From Desulfosudaceae bacterium (GTDB lineage: Bacteria > Desulfobacterota > Desulfobacteria > Desulfobacterales > Desulfosudaceae), in assembly GCA_963674745.2 (NCBI GenBank), contig CAXXDV010000001.1, positions 512,001 through 576,000 on the forward strand: 64,000 nt of DNA. Direction: 5' to 3'. Below the pieces are notes generated by a model. That model was not told the DNA's origin and did not search any database. It saw only the letters and a list, made by a program, of their open reading frames with translations. This document shows positions 31,615 to 41,182 of the stretch, in pieces; the stretch's first letter is position 1; the number at the start of each line of letters is the position of its first letter. Both the position numbers and the translations under genes were made by a program.

Positions 31615-31923
31615 CTACACATACTGCACCCCGCATCCATACAGACGCGATCCGCTTGCCTCTTTTTTTGCGCACCACTTCACTTCCGCCTGGCGCGAAT
31701 CATCGGAACTGGAACCAATCGGGGCAATCGCCGGGATCTTGTTTGCTTTGACGCGGATATATTCCCCGGGATCCAAAGGGCCGGAAACTTCAAAAAAGAG
31801 CCCCCCCACACTGAAATTCTTCATCAGCACGGAAGAGGGCATAAGGGCTGTTTCCCTTAATATGACAACTACCGCTTCGCACCCGAACCTGAAGTGTTTA
31901 CGGCGGTCTTCATATCCAGTCAT
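31615..31923 (-). CDS. PilZ-domain protein
   Basis: RRKHFR, NFSVGG, EVKW, GVQY. Confidence 0.85.
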   Translation of the reverse strand: MTGYEDRRKHFRFGCEAVVVILRETALMPSSVLMKNFSVGGLFFEVSGPLDPGEYIRVKANKIPAIAPIGSSSDDSRQAEVKWCAKKEASGSRLYGCGVQYV

Positions 31924-31978
31924 TTCGATATCCCCCTGTTGACAGCTGTTCCCTGAAAATACTTCGTATCCAGATTTA

Positions 31979-32094
31979 GCATTAATCGTGCCAAATAAAT
32001 TATACCTAACATTCAATATGTTAAAATTTATTCAAACAATTTGTGCGAAATAGGAAAATGGTTGGTTGCGAAATAGGAAACATTGCTCTATTTC
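31979..32094 (-). promoter_or_regulatory. sigma54 promoter + IHF-like site + UAS
   Basis: TGGCACGATTAATGC (31979-31993); attcaatatgtta; gaaataggaaa twice, the second paired with ctatttc. Confidence 0.8.
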
Positions 32095-32233
32095 ATAAAC
32101 CTTGATTTAACCATGAATACGAACCGGATATATCTTTCCTGACCGGGGTCAATTTCCGGCGGTTTTCTGGCCCGGGAAAGATACTTTCAGGCAGAATCGT
32201 ATAGATTGGATAATATCCGTGGAATGACGATAT

Positions 32234-33076
32234 TTACATACTTTCTTCTCCGAACTCGCGGTACAGATCGGGAAGTATTTGAGCAAGATTATTATATTCC
32301 TGTGCGCAGTGAAGTGACATTTGACAGGGTGTATTTCGGGGAATGACGATCTTTCTGATGTATCCGGTGTTAGCGATCCGGTTGACAGGGGACCTGTCCG
32401 AAAACATCCGGACTTTAATCCTGCGGCCGATCCAGAAACGGCTGCGCATCTCAACCCCACCCGCAACCTGCCGTACGAAATGACACATGTCCGTATGGTC
32501 CGCTTTTTTGTTTTCTGAGCCGGCTCTGGTGCAGATAGCCGTTCTGACATTTGCCGCTTTAAAACGGGTTGTATCGAAACCGAATTCTTCAGGCGGCATG
32601 AATGTAATGGACAGCTTTTCCTGACCGATACCCACGTCTTCGACCGGATAGTGCGTGGTGTGCCAATACCGCTCGCGGAAAGGCAACGATTTGTTTTGCA
32701 AGCGATCAAGATCATTCACACCGGTTCCCGCATGAGCACCGGGATACCAGATCTTGTACCTGAGGCTCTCCTGGGCATGCCATGAAAACCACCAGTCGAT
32801 CATTTCTCCGGTGACGCCCCGCATCCGGGTCAAAACCGCCACGTAACAGCTCCCGTCCGGCATGAAACAGTACCCGTTTTCCTTTGCATGGTAGCCCGGT
32901 TCGAGGAGATCGTTTATTTTTTCAAAGGCAAGCGCCTGGGACGGATCAATCGGGCCGGCATCAATCGCAGATTGCACGTCCCCGGGAATTGGCGCCAGCT
33001 GCCGGTAATAATATTTGGCATATGGTTTTGTTTTTTCTTCATCGGTCAGATCCGGTAAAGGCCTGGTCTTTTTCAT
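32234..33076 (-). CDS. PhlG/phloretin-hydrolase family C-C hydrolase
   Basis: MIDWWFSWH, RYKIWYPGAH, EMRSRFW, HCAQEYNNLA. Confidence 0.88.
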   Translation of the reverse strand: MKKTRPLPDLTDEEKTKPYAKYYYRQLAPIPGDVQSAIDAGPIDPSQALAFEKINDLLEPGYHAKENGYCFMPDGSCYVAVLTRMRGVTGEMIDWWFSWHAQESLRYKIWYPGAHAGTGVNDLDRLQNKSLPFRERYWHTTHYPVEDVGIGQEKLSITFMPPEEFGFDTTRFKAANVRTAICTRAGSENKKADHTDMCHFVRQVAGGVEMRSRFWIGRRIKVRMFSDRSPVNRIANTGYIRKIVIPRNTPCQMSLHCAQEYNNLAQILPDLYREFGEESM

Positions 33077-33177
33077 CGTGCATACCCCATATCATTGTTG
33101 TCCAAAATAATCGTGAAGAGTGATCAACCGGAGAGTCAGTTTCATGAAATTAATTCAGACAATCTTAAGAAGTGCCC

Positions 33178-34893
33178 TTATGGTTTTAATGGATACCTCT
33201 CAATAGGCACATCCTCGGTGGAAACAACCATTTCACCATTCTGATCTTCCAGGATGATCCACTTGAGCCAGTTGGCGTTGTCTGTCTCCGGATAGTCCTC
33301 CCTGATAAACCAGCCCCTTGACTCTTTTCTTGTCAGCGAAGCCCGGTAGAACATCTCCGCGCACAGGGCCATACTCTCCGCTTCGTTGCAGCGCGCCAGG
33401 TCGTGAGGATCCGCGGCCTTTAGCTCGGGCAGCTTATGCTTTACCGCCAGAACCATATCCAGTGCTTCTTTCATCCGCTGTTCACTTTTATAATTGCTGT
33501 ATTTTACCGGTGTCATGGCATCCTGGACATCGTGTACCAGGTCAAGGGCAGCAGCCCCCTTTTCCCGGAACAGGGGCGCGAAGATCCGTTCCGTAAGCAA
33601 AGAGACCTGGTCGTCATCAATCTCAGGCGGCGCGTCCAATGCGCCGGCATAATCAGTCGCCGCTAACGCGCCCCTGTGGGCGCTCCAGACAGCATTCATG
33701 AGTCCCGTGCCGCGAATTCTTCCGGGTGGTGACGGCACGGCCCCTGTCCACGCCGATCCATTGTAACTGACATCGCCCACGGCATAGAGGCCCGGCAAAC
33801 TCGTCGCCATATGATGGTCCACCCGGACCGGTGTCAGTGAACCGAGAAACCCGGGAATCACCTCTGACATGCCGTTTTTATCATCACCCGTGGCCAGCTC
33901 GCATTTTTCTCTGAGTCGCGACCAGAATGCGTTGGCAACAGGACGATCCCAGACCATGTCACTGGCAAAGAGCAGCTCAGATCCGATTTCAAGGAGATTC
34001 TCATTATTCTTCACTTTTATCGGACCGTTTTGATTGACATGTTCCCTGTACCATCCGATGGCCGTCATGGAACAAATGTCGCTTTGCGGGTCCGGCCGAT
34101 ATTTTGCGGAAATATTTTCCCCACGGGCATTATACATATAGTCCTCGGCACCAAAAATAACCTCGCGACTGGCCGGGTGAGCCATGTTAAAAAAGCTTCC
34201 AAATTCGGCGTTTCTCATTCTGGCGCCGGCCCGGTATGCCGCCGCGATGCCGTCACCGCGACCGCAGGCCCACATGGCCATGACCCGGTAATTCTGGCTG
34301 CCGTTGGCCAGGACAGTGGTTTTGGACTTCACCAGGCAGCGACTGCCGTCTTCCACGTTAAAACCAATGGCGCCGCTGACATGCCCGTCGGTCTTGAGCA
34401 GGTCAACCAGGGTTACTTTGTTTATAAATGAAACACCCAGTTTCCGGGCCCGCCTGTTCAGCCGCTGGCACATATCCAGATCAATTCCGGCCAGACCCCA
34501 GGGAAGCATTACTCCGGGATTCTTGACGTATTTATAGCGGCCGTCTTTTTCTTTGTTCAGTTTTGCGCCCCACGAATCGAGAAGATCCAGAACGTTGTTA
34601 CAGGTATGGGCGTACTCGCTTAACAGCTCCTGGTCCTCGAGGAAACAACCGATATTGTTTACATGATAAGAAATAAAATCTTCCGGCGTGTCGGCCGGAG
34701 TGATAAAAGCCAGAATCCCCCCGCCCCGGTCGGCCTGGCCGGACCACCCTGAAAAGGCCTTCTCGACGACCAGGACATCTGTTCCCGGACTCTTTTCCTT
34801 GATAGTGATGGCGGCGCTTAAGCCCGCAAGACCGCCGCCGACAATCAAAATATCAGTGGAAACAATCTCCCCGACAGATACCTTTTTTGTCAT
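33178..34893 (-). CDS. FAD-dependent oxidoreductase, SdhA/FrdA/AprA-like
   Basis: GGGLAG, GDGIAAAYRAGA, GLYAVGD, RKESRG..REDYP. Confidence 0.88.
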   Translation of the reverse strand: MTKKVSVGEIVSTDILIVGGGLAGLSAAITIKEKSPGTDVLVVEKAFSGWSGQADRGGGILAFITPADTPEDFISYHVNNIGCFLEDQELLSEYAHTCNNVLDLLDSWGAKLNKEKDGRYKYVKNPGVMLPWGLAGIDLDMCQRLNRRARKLGVSFINKVTLVDLLKTDGHVSGAIGFNVEDGSRCLVKSKTTVLANGSQNYRVMAMWACGRGDGIAAAYRAGARMRNAEFGSFFNMAHPASREVIFGAEDYMYNARGENISAKYRPDPQSDICSMTAIGWYREHVNQNGPIKVKNNENLLEIGSELLFASDMVWDRPVANAFWSRLREKCELATGDDKNGMSEVIPGFLGSLTPVRVDHHMATSLPGLYAVGDVSYNGSAWTGAVPSPPGRIRGTGLMNAVWSAHRGALAATDYAGALDAPPEIDDDQVSLLTERIFAPLFREKGAAALDLVHDVQDAMTPVKYSNYKSEQRMKEALDMVLAVKHKLPELKAADPHDLARCNEAESMALCAEMFYRASLTRKESRGWFIREDYPETDNANWLKWIILEDQNGEMVVSTEDVPIERYPLKP

Positions 34894-34927
34894 GATGACT
34901 GGCTCCTTTACAATATTCCATGCTTCA

Positions 34928-35149
34928 TTACAATGCCGACCACCTGCCAACGTATTCGAAGTCCGGCGTCACCGAAATGCAGTTACCCGGGCAGGCAAGC
35001 TCACACACATTGCAATGGACACAGTCCTCCGGGTAACTGACCTTTGGCTTCTTGTTATCCATGTCCCAGGTAAGAACATTCACAAAACAGGCCTTGTAGC
35101 ATTTCCTGCACCCATTACAGTTTTCAAAATCGATGGTTATCGTATTCAT
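34928..35149 (-). CDS. 2x[4Fe-4S] ferredoxin (AprB-like partner)
   Basis: CNGCRKCYKAC; YPEDCVHCNVCELACP. Confidence 0.88.
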   Translation of the reverse strand: MNTITIDFENCNGCRKCYKACFVNVLTWDMDNKKPKVSYPEDCVHCNVCELACPGNCISVTPDFEYVGRWSAL

Positions 35150-35179
35150 TTGTGCCCCCGGATCTCCTGCCCTCCACGA

Positions 35180-35665
35180 TTAGTTTATATTCGGCGCCAT
35201 TATTTTGGAAAATTTCATCATCCCTACCGGATGCCTGAGAACCCCTTTCAGCTTGAGTTCCCCGGACCGGATTCGCTGAATAAGGTCTTTCCCTTCATAT
35301 GACATGAAATATTTGATTAAGGGCCAGCCTGCCGGCATACGTGAAAGCATCATTAAAATGGCCGGCTCACCTGTAATCCTGATCTGAACGCCGGGCTTGA
35401 TACCACCTTCGATGAAGACCCGGCCGTGATTAAAACTTACGGTCAACCCTTTATCCGGAGGACCGCCGGGGTCGAAGGCCACTACCAGGCGGGTTCGCTC
35501 AATGACACGGACTTTGCCCGGTTTCTTTAAAAAGCCCAGGAGCATTGCCTGGATGAAACGCCCCAGAAGATGCAGATTTTCTCTGTCTCTGACGATCAGA
35601 CAATCTTCCGGCAAACCATTTTGCATTACCGCCGTTTCATTTTTCGCTTTTGTAATGCTGTTCAT
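35180..35665 (-). CDS. hypothetical protein, possible SCP2-like fold
   Basis: RBS ggag, operon position; ITG...SGELKLKG pattern. Confidence 0.6.
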   Translation of the reverse strand: MNSITKAKNETAVMQNGLPEDCLIVRDRENLHLLGRFIQAMLLGFLKKPGKVRVIERTRLVVAFDPGGPPDKGLTVSFNHGRVFIEGGIKPGVQIRITGEPAILMMLSRMPAGWPLIKYFMSYEGKDLIQRIRSGELKLKGVLRHPVGMMKFSKIMAPNIN

Positions 35666-35703
35666 TCTTACACTCCATTCGTTTACCTGTTCTGGTGACT
35701 GGC

Positions 35704-35792
35704 ATTCTAACGTCTGCGGTCAGCTGTGGTAAGGCCTGCCGGAGCGAAGCGGAAAGCAAGCCGTGAAAGCAAACAACACCGGTTTATTGGGC
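35704..35792 (-). mobile_element. degenerate integron attC site
   Basis: minus strand GCCCAAT (R'') ... gctgaccgcagacG|TTAGAAT (R'), imperfect hairpin downstream of ORF 35828-36295. Confidence 0.55.
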
Positions 35793-35827
35793 GACGTTTG
35801 CACATTGACCACCTGAATTTCTCGATA

Positions 35828-36295
35828 TCAAGACAGAATTTCCGCCAACCTGGTGAATTCAATTTGAGCATGCGCCTCCAGATCCTGCTCAAAACCTTTC
35901 GTAAGATAGAGTCTCAAGAACGGATCAAGCAGTCGCCCTCCCCCGGTGAATCCCGCCTTGATCGTATGCGTTATCACTACTCCTTCATCACTATCGTCGA
36001 ATTCCAGCACCAACCAGACTGGCAGTCTTACGATCTTCTTCATTTGCCAAACGATCTCCTTGCCCGGAATACTTTTCATCACTACTCCCTCGAACTTCAA
36101 TCGGCGCCTGCCCACATACTCATCGAAGTATACAAGATTGCCGAGATCGCCGGGAAAGCGTTTTATGGTATGAAATGCCAGATGGGTTCCCGGCCACCAG
36201 TTCCGGTAATCCACATCCGTGCAATTCAACATGAAGTCAGAAATATTTCTTCCTGAAACACCCCTTACGTTCACTTCTGCTCTCATTTCTATCAT
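35828..36295 (-). CDS. SRPBCC-like hypothetical protein, probable cassette ORF
   Basis: YRNWWPGTH, C-terminal amphipathic helix; followed by attC. Confidence 0.7.
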   Translation of the reverse strand: MIEMRAEVNVRGVSGRNISDFMLNCTDVDYRNWWPGTHLAFHTIKRFPGDLGNLVYFDEYVGRRRLKFEGVVMKSIPGKEIVWQMKKIVRLPVWLVLEFDDSDEGVVITHTIKAGFTGGGRLLDPFLRLYLTKGFEQDLEAHAQIEFTRLAEILS

Positions 36296-36409
36296 CGTAA
36301 CCTCGACTTTCAGTGACAAAACAGCAAACCGGGAAAACCGCCCGACACTCATTTATCATAAATAACCTGTCACCCCATCAATCTGGCAGCCCTAAGCATC
36401 GCACTCTAT

Positions 36410-36533
36410 ATAATACGATCGTATAGCAAAGTCAAGATGTTTCTCAAACCGCAAAAAATTTGACCGCTTTTTATTTGGGCAATTGGGGATTTTCATAATA
36501 TAGCCTTGACGAAAAGCTATACATATGTATAGC
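36410..36533. promoter_or_regulatory. divergent promoters with two related operators
   Basis: perfect palindrome gctatacatatgtatagc (36516-36533) and aatacgatcgtatagc (36412-36427), each beside a TTGAC -35. Confidence 0.65.
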
Positions 36534-36599
36534 ATAATAACGCGTAACATATGGAAAGATAAATTGCGAAAAATTAATGTAAAAAACGAAAGATGGATC

Positions 36600-37238
36600 A
36601 TGCCCCCGTCCAAACACACCAAAAAAATCGGCAGACAACCCCTGGTTGTTGCAGAAAAGACAAAGCTGGATATTATTCAATCCGCAGCCAAAATTTTTGC
36701 AGATAAAGGATACGATGGCGCCAGCATTCGCATCATTACGAAAAACCTTGGCATTTCCCACGGAATGATCCGGCACCATTTTGGGACCAAAGAGGATTTA
36801 TGGATAGCGGTAATTGACTATTTAATTAATCAATTTGCCATTGACCGGATTCCACCCCGGGAACAAATGGAAGATATCGATCCGGCCCAGCTTTTGAAGA
36901 GCTATATCCGGAATTTTATCAATATGTCTGCCAGGTATCCGGAACTCGGCCAAATAATCCTGAAAGAAGGGGGGAAGAAAGGAAAGCGGTTACATTATAT
37001 TCTTGCCTATGTAATGCCGCTGCACAGGCTGATTGACCCCGTTTTTTACGCTGTCCAGAAAAAAGGCCTCTTGCATAGATATAATCCGGAAAGCTTTTTT
37101 CTTTTCATTGTAGCCGCGGGAGCCGCGCCGATGGCCCTTGCGCCGCTTACGGATGCCTTTTGCGGTGGAAAAATTCTATCACCCGGGGGTATTCAGAAAC
37201 ATGCCGACCTGGTCATTGCCACATTGTTTGACGATTAA
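36600..37238 (+). CDS. TetR-family regulator
   Basis: FADKGYDGAS...GMIRHHFGTKEDLW. Confidence 0.9.
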   Translation: MPPSKHTKKIGRQPLVVAEKTKLDIIQSAAKIFADKGYDGASIRIITKNLGISHGMIRHHFGTKEDLWIAVIDYLINQFAIDRIPPREQMEDIDPAQLLKSYIRNFINMSARYPELGQIILKEGGKKGKRLHYILAYVMPLHRLIDPVFYAVQKKGLLHRYNPESFFLFIVAAGAAPMALAPLTDAFCGGKILSPGGIQKHADLVIATLFDD

Positions 37239-37282
37239 ACAGCGGAAAGAAGGAAAGACGCGGGCGCTTCATTCGCCCCTGT

Positions 37283-37735
37283 TCAGTCATACGCTCTCAT
37301 TCTCATCGCAAACTGTTTTGCGCTTTCGATATCAGCGGTGTCTGGGTGCCCTTTGCTGATGCCGATCCATCTGGTTAAGGGATGCTTCTCGTATCCGCGG
37401 CAATTCCATCTGCCGACCAGGCCAACACCAAGGCGGTCAAAACTCTTTTGAATACAATGCCAGTAGAATCGAAGTATGAATGACCGGTCCAGGCTGCTGG
37501 TGATGAACATGAAAACATTGCAATTGCCGGGTACGAATGCTGCTGCTTCATATATCTTCCGGTCAACCCTGGCATAGTAAATGCCCGAACCGAACCCGAT
37601 CAACGTCCGCCCTTTGAAATGGCCGGGCCTTACCCTGTCAACAGTCATCAGATCGGCATTTAGTATGGGTGCCATTGCATCAACCAGTATTTCGGTGTTT
37701 TCTGTCCTTGACTGATAGACAATTAACGGCTTCAT
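37283..37735 (-). CDS. flavodoxin-like protein
   Basis: IVYQSRTENT, GFGSGIY, GHPD..D...AKQFA. Confidence 0.82.
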   Translation of the reverse strand: MKPLIVYQSRTENTEILVDAMAPILNADLMTVDRVRPGHFKGRTLIGFGSGIYYARVDRKIYEAAAFVPGNCNVFMFITSSLDRSFILRFYWHCIQKSFDRLGVGLVGRWNCRGYEKHPLTRWIGISKGHPDTADIESAKQFAMRMRAYD

Positions 37736-37805
37736 ACAGCTGCTCGTCAGGGCTATAGGCTCAAAAAAAGGGTCGGCGCCTGTACGTGACAGACCCGTCT
37801 CTGTT

Positions 37806-39077
37806 TTATCCAAAGAGAGCCTTGAGCTCCCCTGTCTTTGTTAACGCCTGATCCAGCCGGGCCATAATTTCGTCGACCTGTTCAAAGGTGATAATCAACG
37901 GGGGAAGAAACTGGACAACCGACTTGTAATTATTGGCGTACACCATGAAAAGCCCGCTGTCAAAAGCCGCCTTGCACATGATCTGCCCGCAGAGCTCGTC
38001 TTCCATTTCCAGGCCCATGAAAAGGCCGAGCTGCCGCAGGCCTTTGAGAATGTCGTTTTTTGCCATCAGTTCTTCCACGCCTTTGTGGATTTTTCGGGAA
38101 AGCCTGTTGACATGGTCGAGAAAATCAGGGGCGGATGACATTTCCAGCACTTTGAGGGCCACCCGGCAGCCCAGTTCGGAACCGCCGGCAGTGGAAACAT
38201 GAATATGGGGGTCTTCATGAAAAACAGAATCCAGGGGTGCTCTCATGACGGTGGCGGTAATGGGATATATGCCTCCGGACATCCCCTTGGCCAGGACAAC
38301 CATGTCCGGAATGACGCTGAAATGCTCAAATCCCCACAGTTTTCCGGTCCTTCCGAAACCGGTCTGGACTTCATCCAGTATTAGCAGAACACCGCGATCG
38401 TCACAGGTTTGACGGACAGCAGAATAATATTCCGGATCCGGAACCGGCATTCCCAGTGTGGCCGGAACGGTTTCCAGAAGCACCGCTGCCGTGTCATCAT
38501 CAACAGCCCGGCTCATGGCATCCATATCATTAAAAGGAACCTGCTGAAAACCCGGGCAGGCAGGCCCGAAGGGGTCCCGGTACTTGGCATCCCCGGCAGC
38601 CATGGCCAGCCCTGTATGACCGTGATACCCTCCCAGGGCGGATATGATTCGAGTCCGCCCCGTGTACGCACGGGCAACCTTGATTGAAAGGTCAACTGCC
38701 TCCCCTCCGCTGACGCCGAAAACAACGTAATCCAGATCTCCGGGCATCAGTTCCGACAGGCGGCGGCCCAGATCAGCTCTTGCTTTGCTGATAAGGTGGC
38801 CGTTACCCATATCCACTTCCTGCAACGCTTCTTCCAGCGCCCTGATTACTTCCGGGTTGCGATGGCCCAAATTGTAAACCCCGCCATTGCAGTGCAGGTT
38901 GAAAAAGGACCTGCTCCCGTCCAGGTCATGGAAACAAGCACCCTGCCGCTGCCCCATGACGACATCCATATCAAGCTGCTGCCAGAACCGGGCTTTGCCG
39001 GAGGAAACGTGGTTCGTAAAATCGGTAATGGCCTTTTTCTTGAGTGTTTCGGGTGATAAATAATCTTCTGAAATCAT
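37806..39077 (-). CDS. class III PLP aminotransferase
   Basis: SGGEA, GYHG, DEVQTGFGRTG, AKGMSGG, STAGG. Confidence 0.93.
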   Translation of the reverse strand: MISEDYLSPETLKKKAITDFTNHVSSGKARFWQQLDMDVVMGQRQGACFHDLDGSRSFFNLHCNGGVYNLGHRNPEVIRALEEALQEVDMGNGHLISKARADLGRRLSELMPGDLDYVVFGVSGGEAVDLSIKVARAYTGRTRIISALGGYHGHTGLAMAAGDAKYRDPFGPACPGFQQVPFNDMDAMSRAVDDDTAAVLLETVPATLGMPVPDPEYYSAVRQTCDDRGVLLILDEVQTGFGRTGKLWGFEHFSVIPDMVVLAKGMSGGIYPITATVMRAPLDSVFHEDPHIHVSTAGGSELGCRVALKVLEMSSAPDFLDHVNRLSRKIHKGVEELMAKNDILKGLRQLGLFMGLEMEDELCGQIMCKAAFDSGLFMVYANNYKSVVQFLPPLIITFEQVDEIMARLDQALTKTGELKALFG

Positions 39078-39138
39078 ATCTGCGCTCCCATCTTTCCAGG
39101 AGAGAACAGCCTCTCCCTGTTAACTGAGAAATATATAT

Positions 39139-39777
39139 CTATCCCAGCAGTTCTTTAAAAGACCGCATAATCAACTCGATTTTCTGCTCCCCTTTCAGCC
39201 TGTCGACGCCATTGCCAAAGAATTGGCAGAAACGATCATCATGGTAATTGGAGACGCATGAAAAAGCGAAAAGCATCAAATGATTGTCAATAAAATAGGC
39301 TGCTGTCTCAGTTGAAATGTCCTGACGAATTTGGCCATTATTTCTTGCTTCTTCAACAATACTTTTAAAAAAACCAAACGTTGCCCGCTCAAACCCTCCA
39401 GAAGCTTCAGATGCGAATTCATCCATGGAAGGAGACCCCAGGTCCATGAAAATCACCAGATAATCCCGATATTTTTCCGAAAAGGGGATTACACTTTCCA
39501 CTACCATGCGAAGCCTGTCCCAGAGCACCATCTTTCCACCGGCAATTTTTATGGCTTCTGTCAGCATCAGTTCGCCGGCTCTATACAAAACGGCTATGAA
39601 CAACCCTTTCTTGTTTTCAAAATATTTGTACAGGGCGCCGTTTGATATTTCCGCAGCCTGACAGATTTCACTGATACCTGCCTGGAAATAGCCCTTTTGT
39701 GAGAAGATGCGCGCTGCGGCGTCGAGTATGGCATGCTGCCTTTTCTCCGGTAGTTTATTAAATGTCCGGGTTCTCAT
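39139..39777 (-). CDS. TetR-family regulator
   Basis: FSQKGYFQA...GALYKYFENK. Confidence 0.92.
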   Translation of the reverse strand: MRTRTFNKLPEKRQHAILDAAARIFSQKGYFQAGISEICQAAEISNGALYKYFENKKGLFIAVLYRAGELMLTEAIKIAGGKMVLWDRLRMVVESVIPFSEKYRDYLVIFMDLGSPSMDEFASEASGGFERATFGFFKSIVEEARNNGQIRQDISTETAAYFIDNHLMLFAFSCVSNYHDDRFCQFFGNGVDRLKGEQKIELIMRSFKELLG

Positions 39778-39791
39778 CTGTTCAACCTTAT

Positions 39792-40418
39792 TTATAATTC
39801 CAGCGCCAACCGCATCATACCCGGATTTCCAAAGGTTTTTTTAAACCATTTATGCCTGTATTCATTTTGAACTTTGAAACCTGCTTTCTCATAAGCTTTC
39901 TGTGCCGGCTTATTTCCAATAAGGCAGGCTACCTGCATTCTTGGATAGTTTTCTTTTCTGCCTTGCTGAATTGCAGCTTGAAGCAGTTCGTGGATCACCC
40001 CCTGGCGCCGGTATCGGGGGAAGGTAGCAACATTTTCGATTACCAGTGTGTTTTTTGGAATGGAGGGGTTAACCAGAAAAAAGGGAAGCAGTCGCCACAC
40101 AAGCCGGAGGGACGCCATGTCGCTGTATCCCATTTCCCGAAGCGTATTCCGCCATGCCCAGGTTCTGAAGTATTCATGATTAAAAGTGCACAACGTTCCC
40201 GCAATTTCCCCGTTCTTTTCCGCGATCAAATACCTGGTGTAGTGATTGTAAATCCGTTCCCCGTTGATAAACAGACGACCGATATTGTCAAGGCGGGTTT
40301 GTGCCTCACCAGGGAACATCAGCTCATAAACGGATATTTTTTCGGCACTACCTGACATGTCAATAAGTTGTGAAACCTCCTGCACATCATCAGGCACTGC
40401 CTGTCGGATCTGTATCAT
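39792..40418 (-). CDS. GNAT acetyltransferase
   Basis: VATFPRYRRQG, N.PA..AYEKAGF. Confidence 0.9.
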   Translation of the reverse strand: MIQIRQAVPDDVQEVSQLIDMSGSAEKISVYELMFPGEAQTRLDNIGRLFINGERIYNHYTRYLIAEKNGEIAGTLCTFNHEYFRTWAWRNTLREMGYSDMASLRLVWRLLPFFLVNPSIPKNTLVIENVATFPRYRRQGVIHELLQAAIQQGRKENYPRMQVACLIGNKPAQKAYEKAGFKVQNEYRHKWFKKTFGNPGMMRLALEL

Positions 40419-40591
40419 ATTCGTTTCCTTGTAAAATATTTGAACAGGGCGCCTTTTGATATTTCCGCGGCCTGACAGAATTCTTTGATACCTGCCTGGA
40501 AATAGCCCTTACTTACGAAAATATTCGCCGCCGCGTCGCGTATGGCATGCTGTATTTTTTCCCGAAGTTTACCAAATGCCCGGTTTCTCAT
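40415..40591 (-). CDS. 58-aa HTH-only copy of the neighbouring TetR N-terminus (not in ORF track)
   Basis: MRNRAFGKLREKIQHAIRDAAANIFVSKGYFQAGIKEFCQAAEISKGALFKYFTRKRI*; stop overlaps GNAT start (ATGA). Confidence 0.7.
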   Translation of the reverse strand: MRNRAFGKLREKIQHAIRDAAANIFVSKGYFQAGIKEFCQAAEISKGALFKYFTRKRI

Positions 40592-40607
40592 TTAGCCAGC
40601 CCCGACT

Positions 40608-40629
40608 AGAGAGTGAATGATCACTCTCT
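40608..40629. promoter_or_regulatory. putative TetR operator
   Basis: agagagtga-atga-tcactctct; minus-strand TTGACA at ~40648-40653. Confidence 0.65.
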
Positions 40630-40699
40630 TTCATGCCTAACGTTTATTGTCAAGACAAAAATTTATACATCATAAAACATAGCTGATGAAAATGTTTGG

Positions 40700-40990
40700 A
40701 ACTCTTTACCTGGTTGCGCGCGCAGGGAGTTTATATTCCAGCCGACTGGGTTCTGTTACCCTCATGTGCTTTTTTCCCGTTGGCATTACACGCATCATGA
40801 CGCTTGATATCCGGCATTCGGTTTCTGAAGCAGGTATCGTCACCGTATGCATCGGCCTGGTTACCGCCAGTCCTTTCTCATCATCAGCTACAATTGAGAA
40901 TCTGTAACGGCAGGCCGATACGGCCCTGTCCGAAACCAGAAAAACAGCCGCAACCGCACTGCCGTGTTTCAGGCCGCTGATGATCTGCCG
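40700..40990 (+). pseudogene. degraded GGDEF domain remnant
   Basis: LVAR..., IVTVCIG, L*RQADTAL and, after a frameshift, SRNRTAVF. Confidence 0.5.
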
Positions 40991-41048
40991 AAAGAATGCA
41001 AATCCCTGCTGTTTGATATAGATATTGTAAGGGCTCTGAGATTTCCCC

Positions 41049-41103
41049 TTGACAGCCTGGCGCCAGTTATAATATATAATACGAAACGATATAGTATTGT
41101 ATT
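41049..41103 (+). promoter_or_regulatory. promoter with operator shared with 44062-44087
   Basis: TTGACA at 41049; aatacgaaac-gatata-gtattgtatt (41078-41103). Confidence 0.55.
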
Positions 41104-41182
41104 TAAACATTACTGGCGGTGGTGTTCGATACAACGGCATCAACACACCGGCAGAACTCTAATCTCAAGGGGTCGCATATCC

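Noticed and set aside
31924..32016. N-terminal extension of PilZ
   Set aside because: It contains the sigma54 promoter; an RBS precedes 31923
33178..35149. Dissimilatory APS reductase aprAB
   Set aside because: The ferredoxin is only 73 aa with no AprB tail, there is no qmo/sat context, and the flavoprotein looks like a distant paralog
40964..41182. N-terminal extension of the Mo enzyme in the ORF track
   Set aside because: It overlaps the promoter and operator; homology starts at MAEKK (41183)
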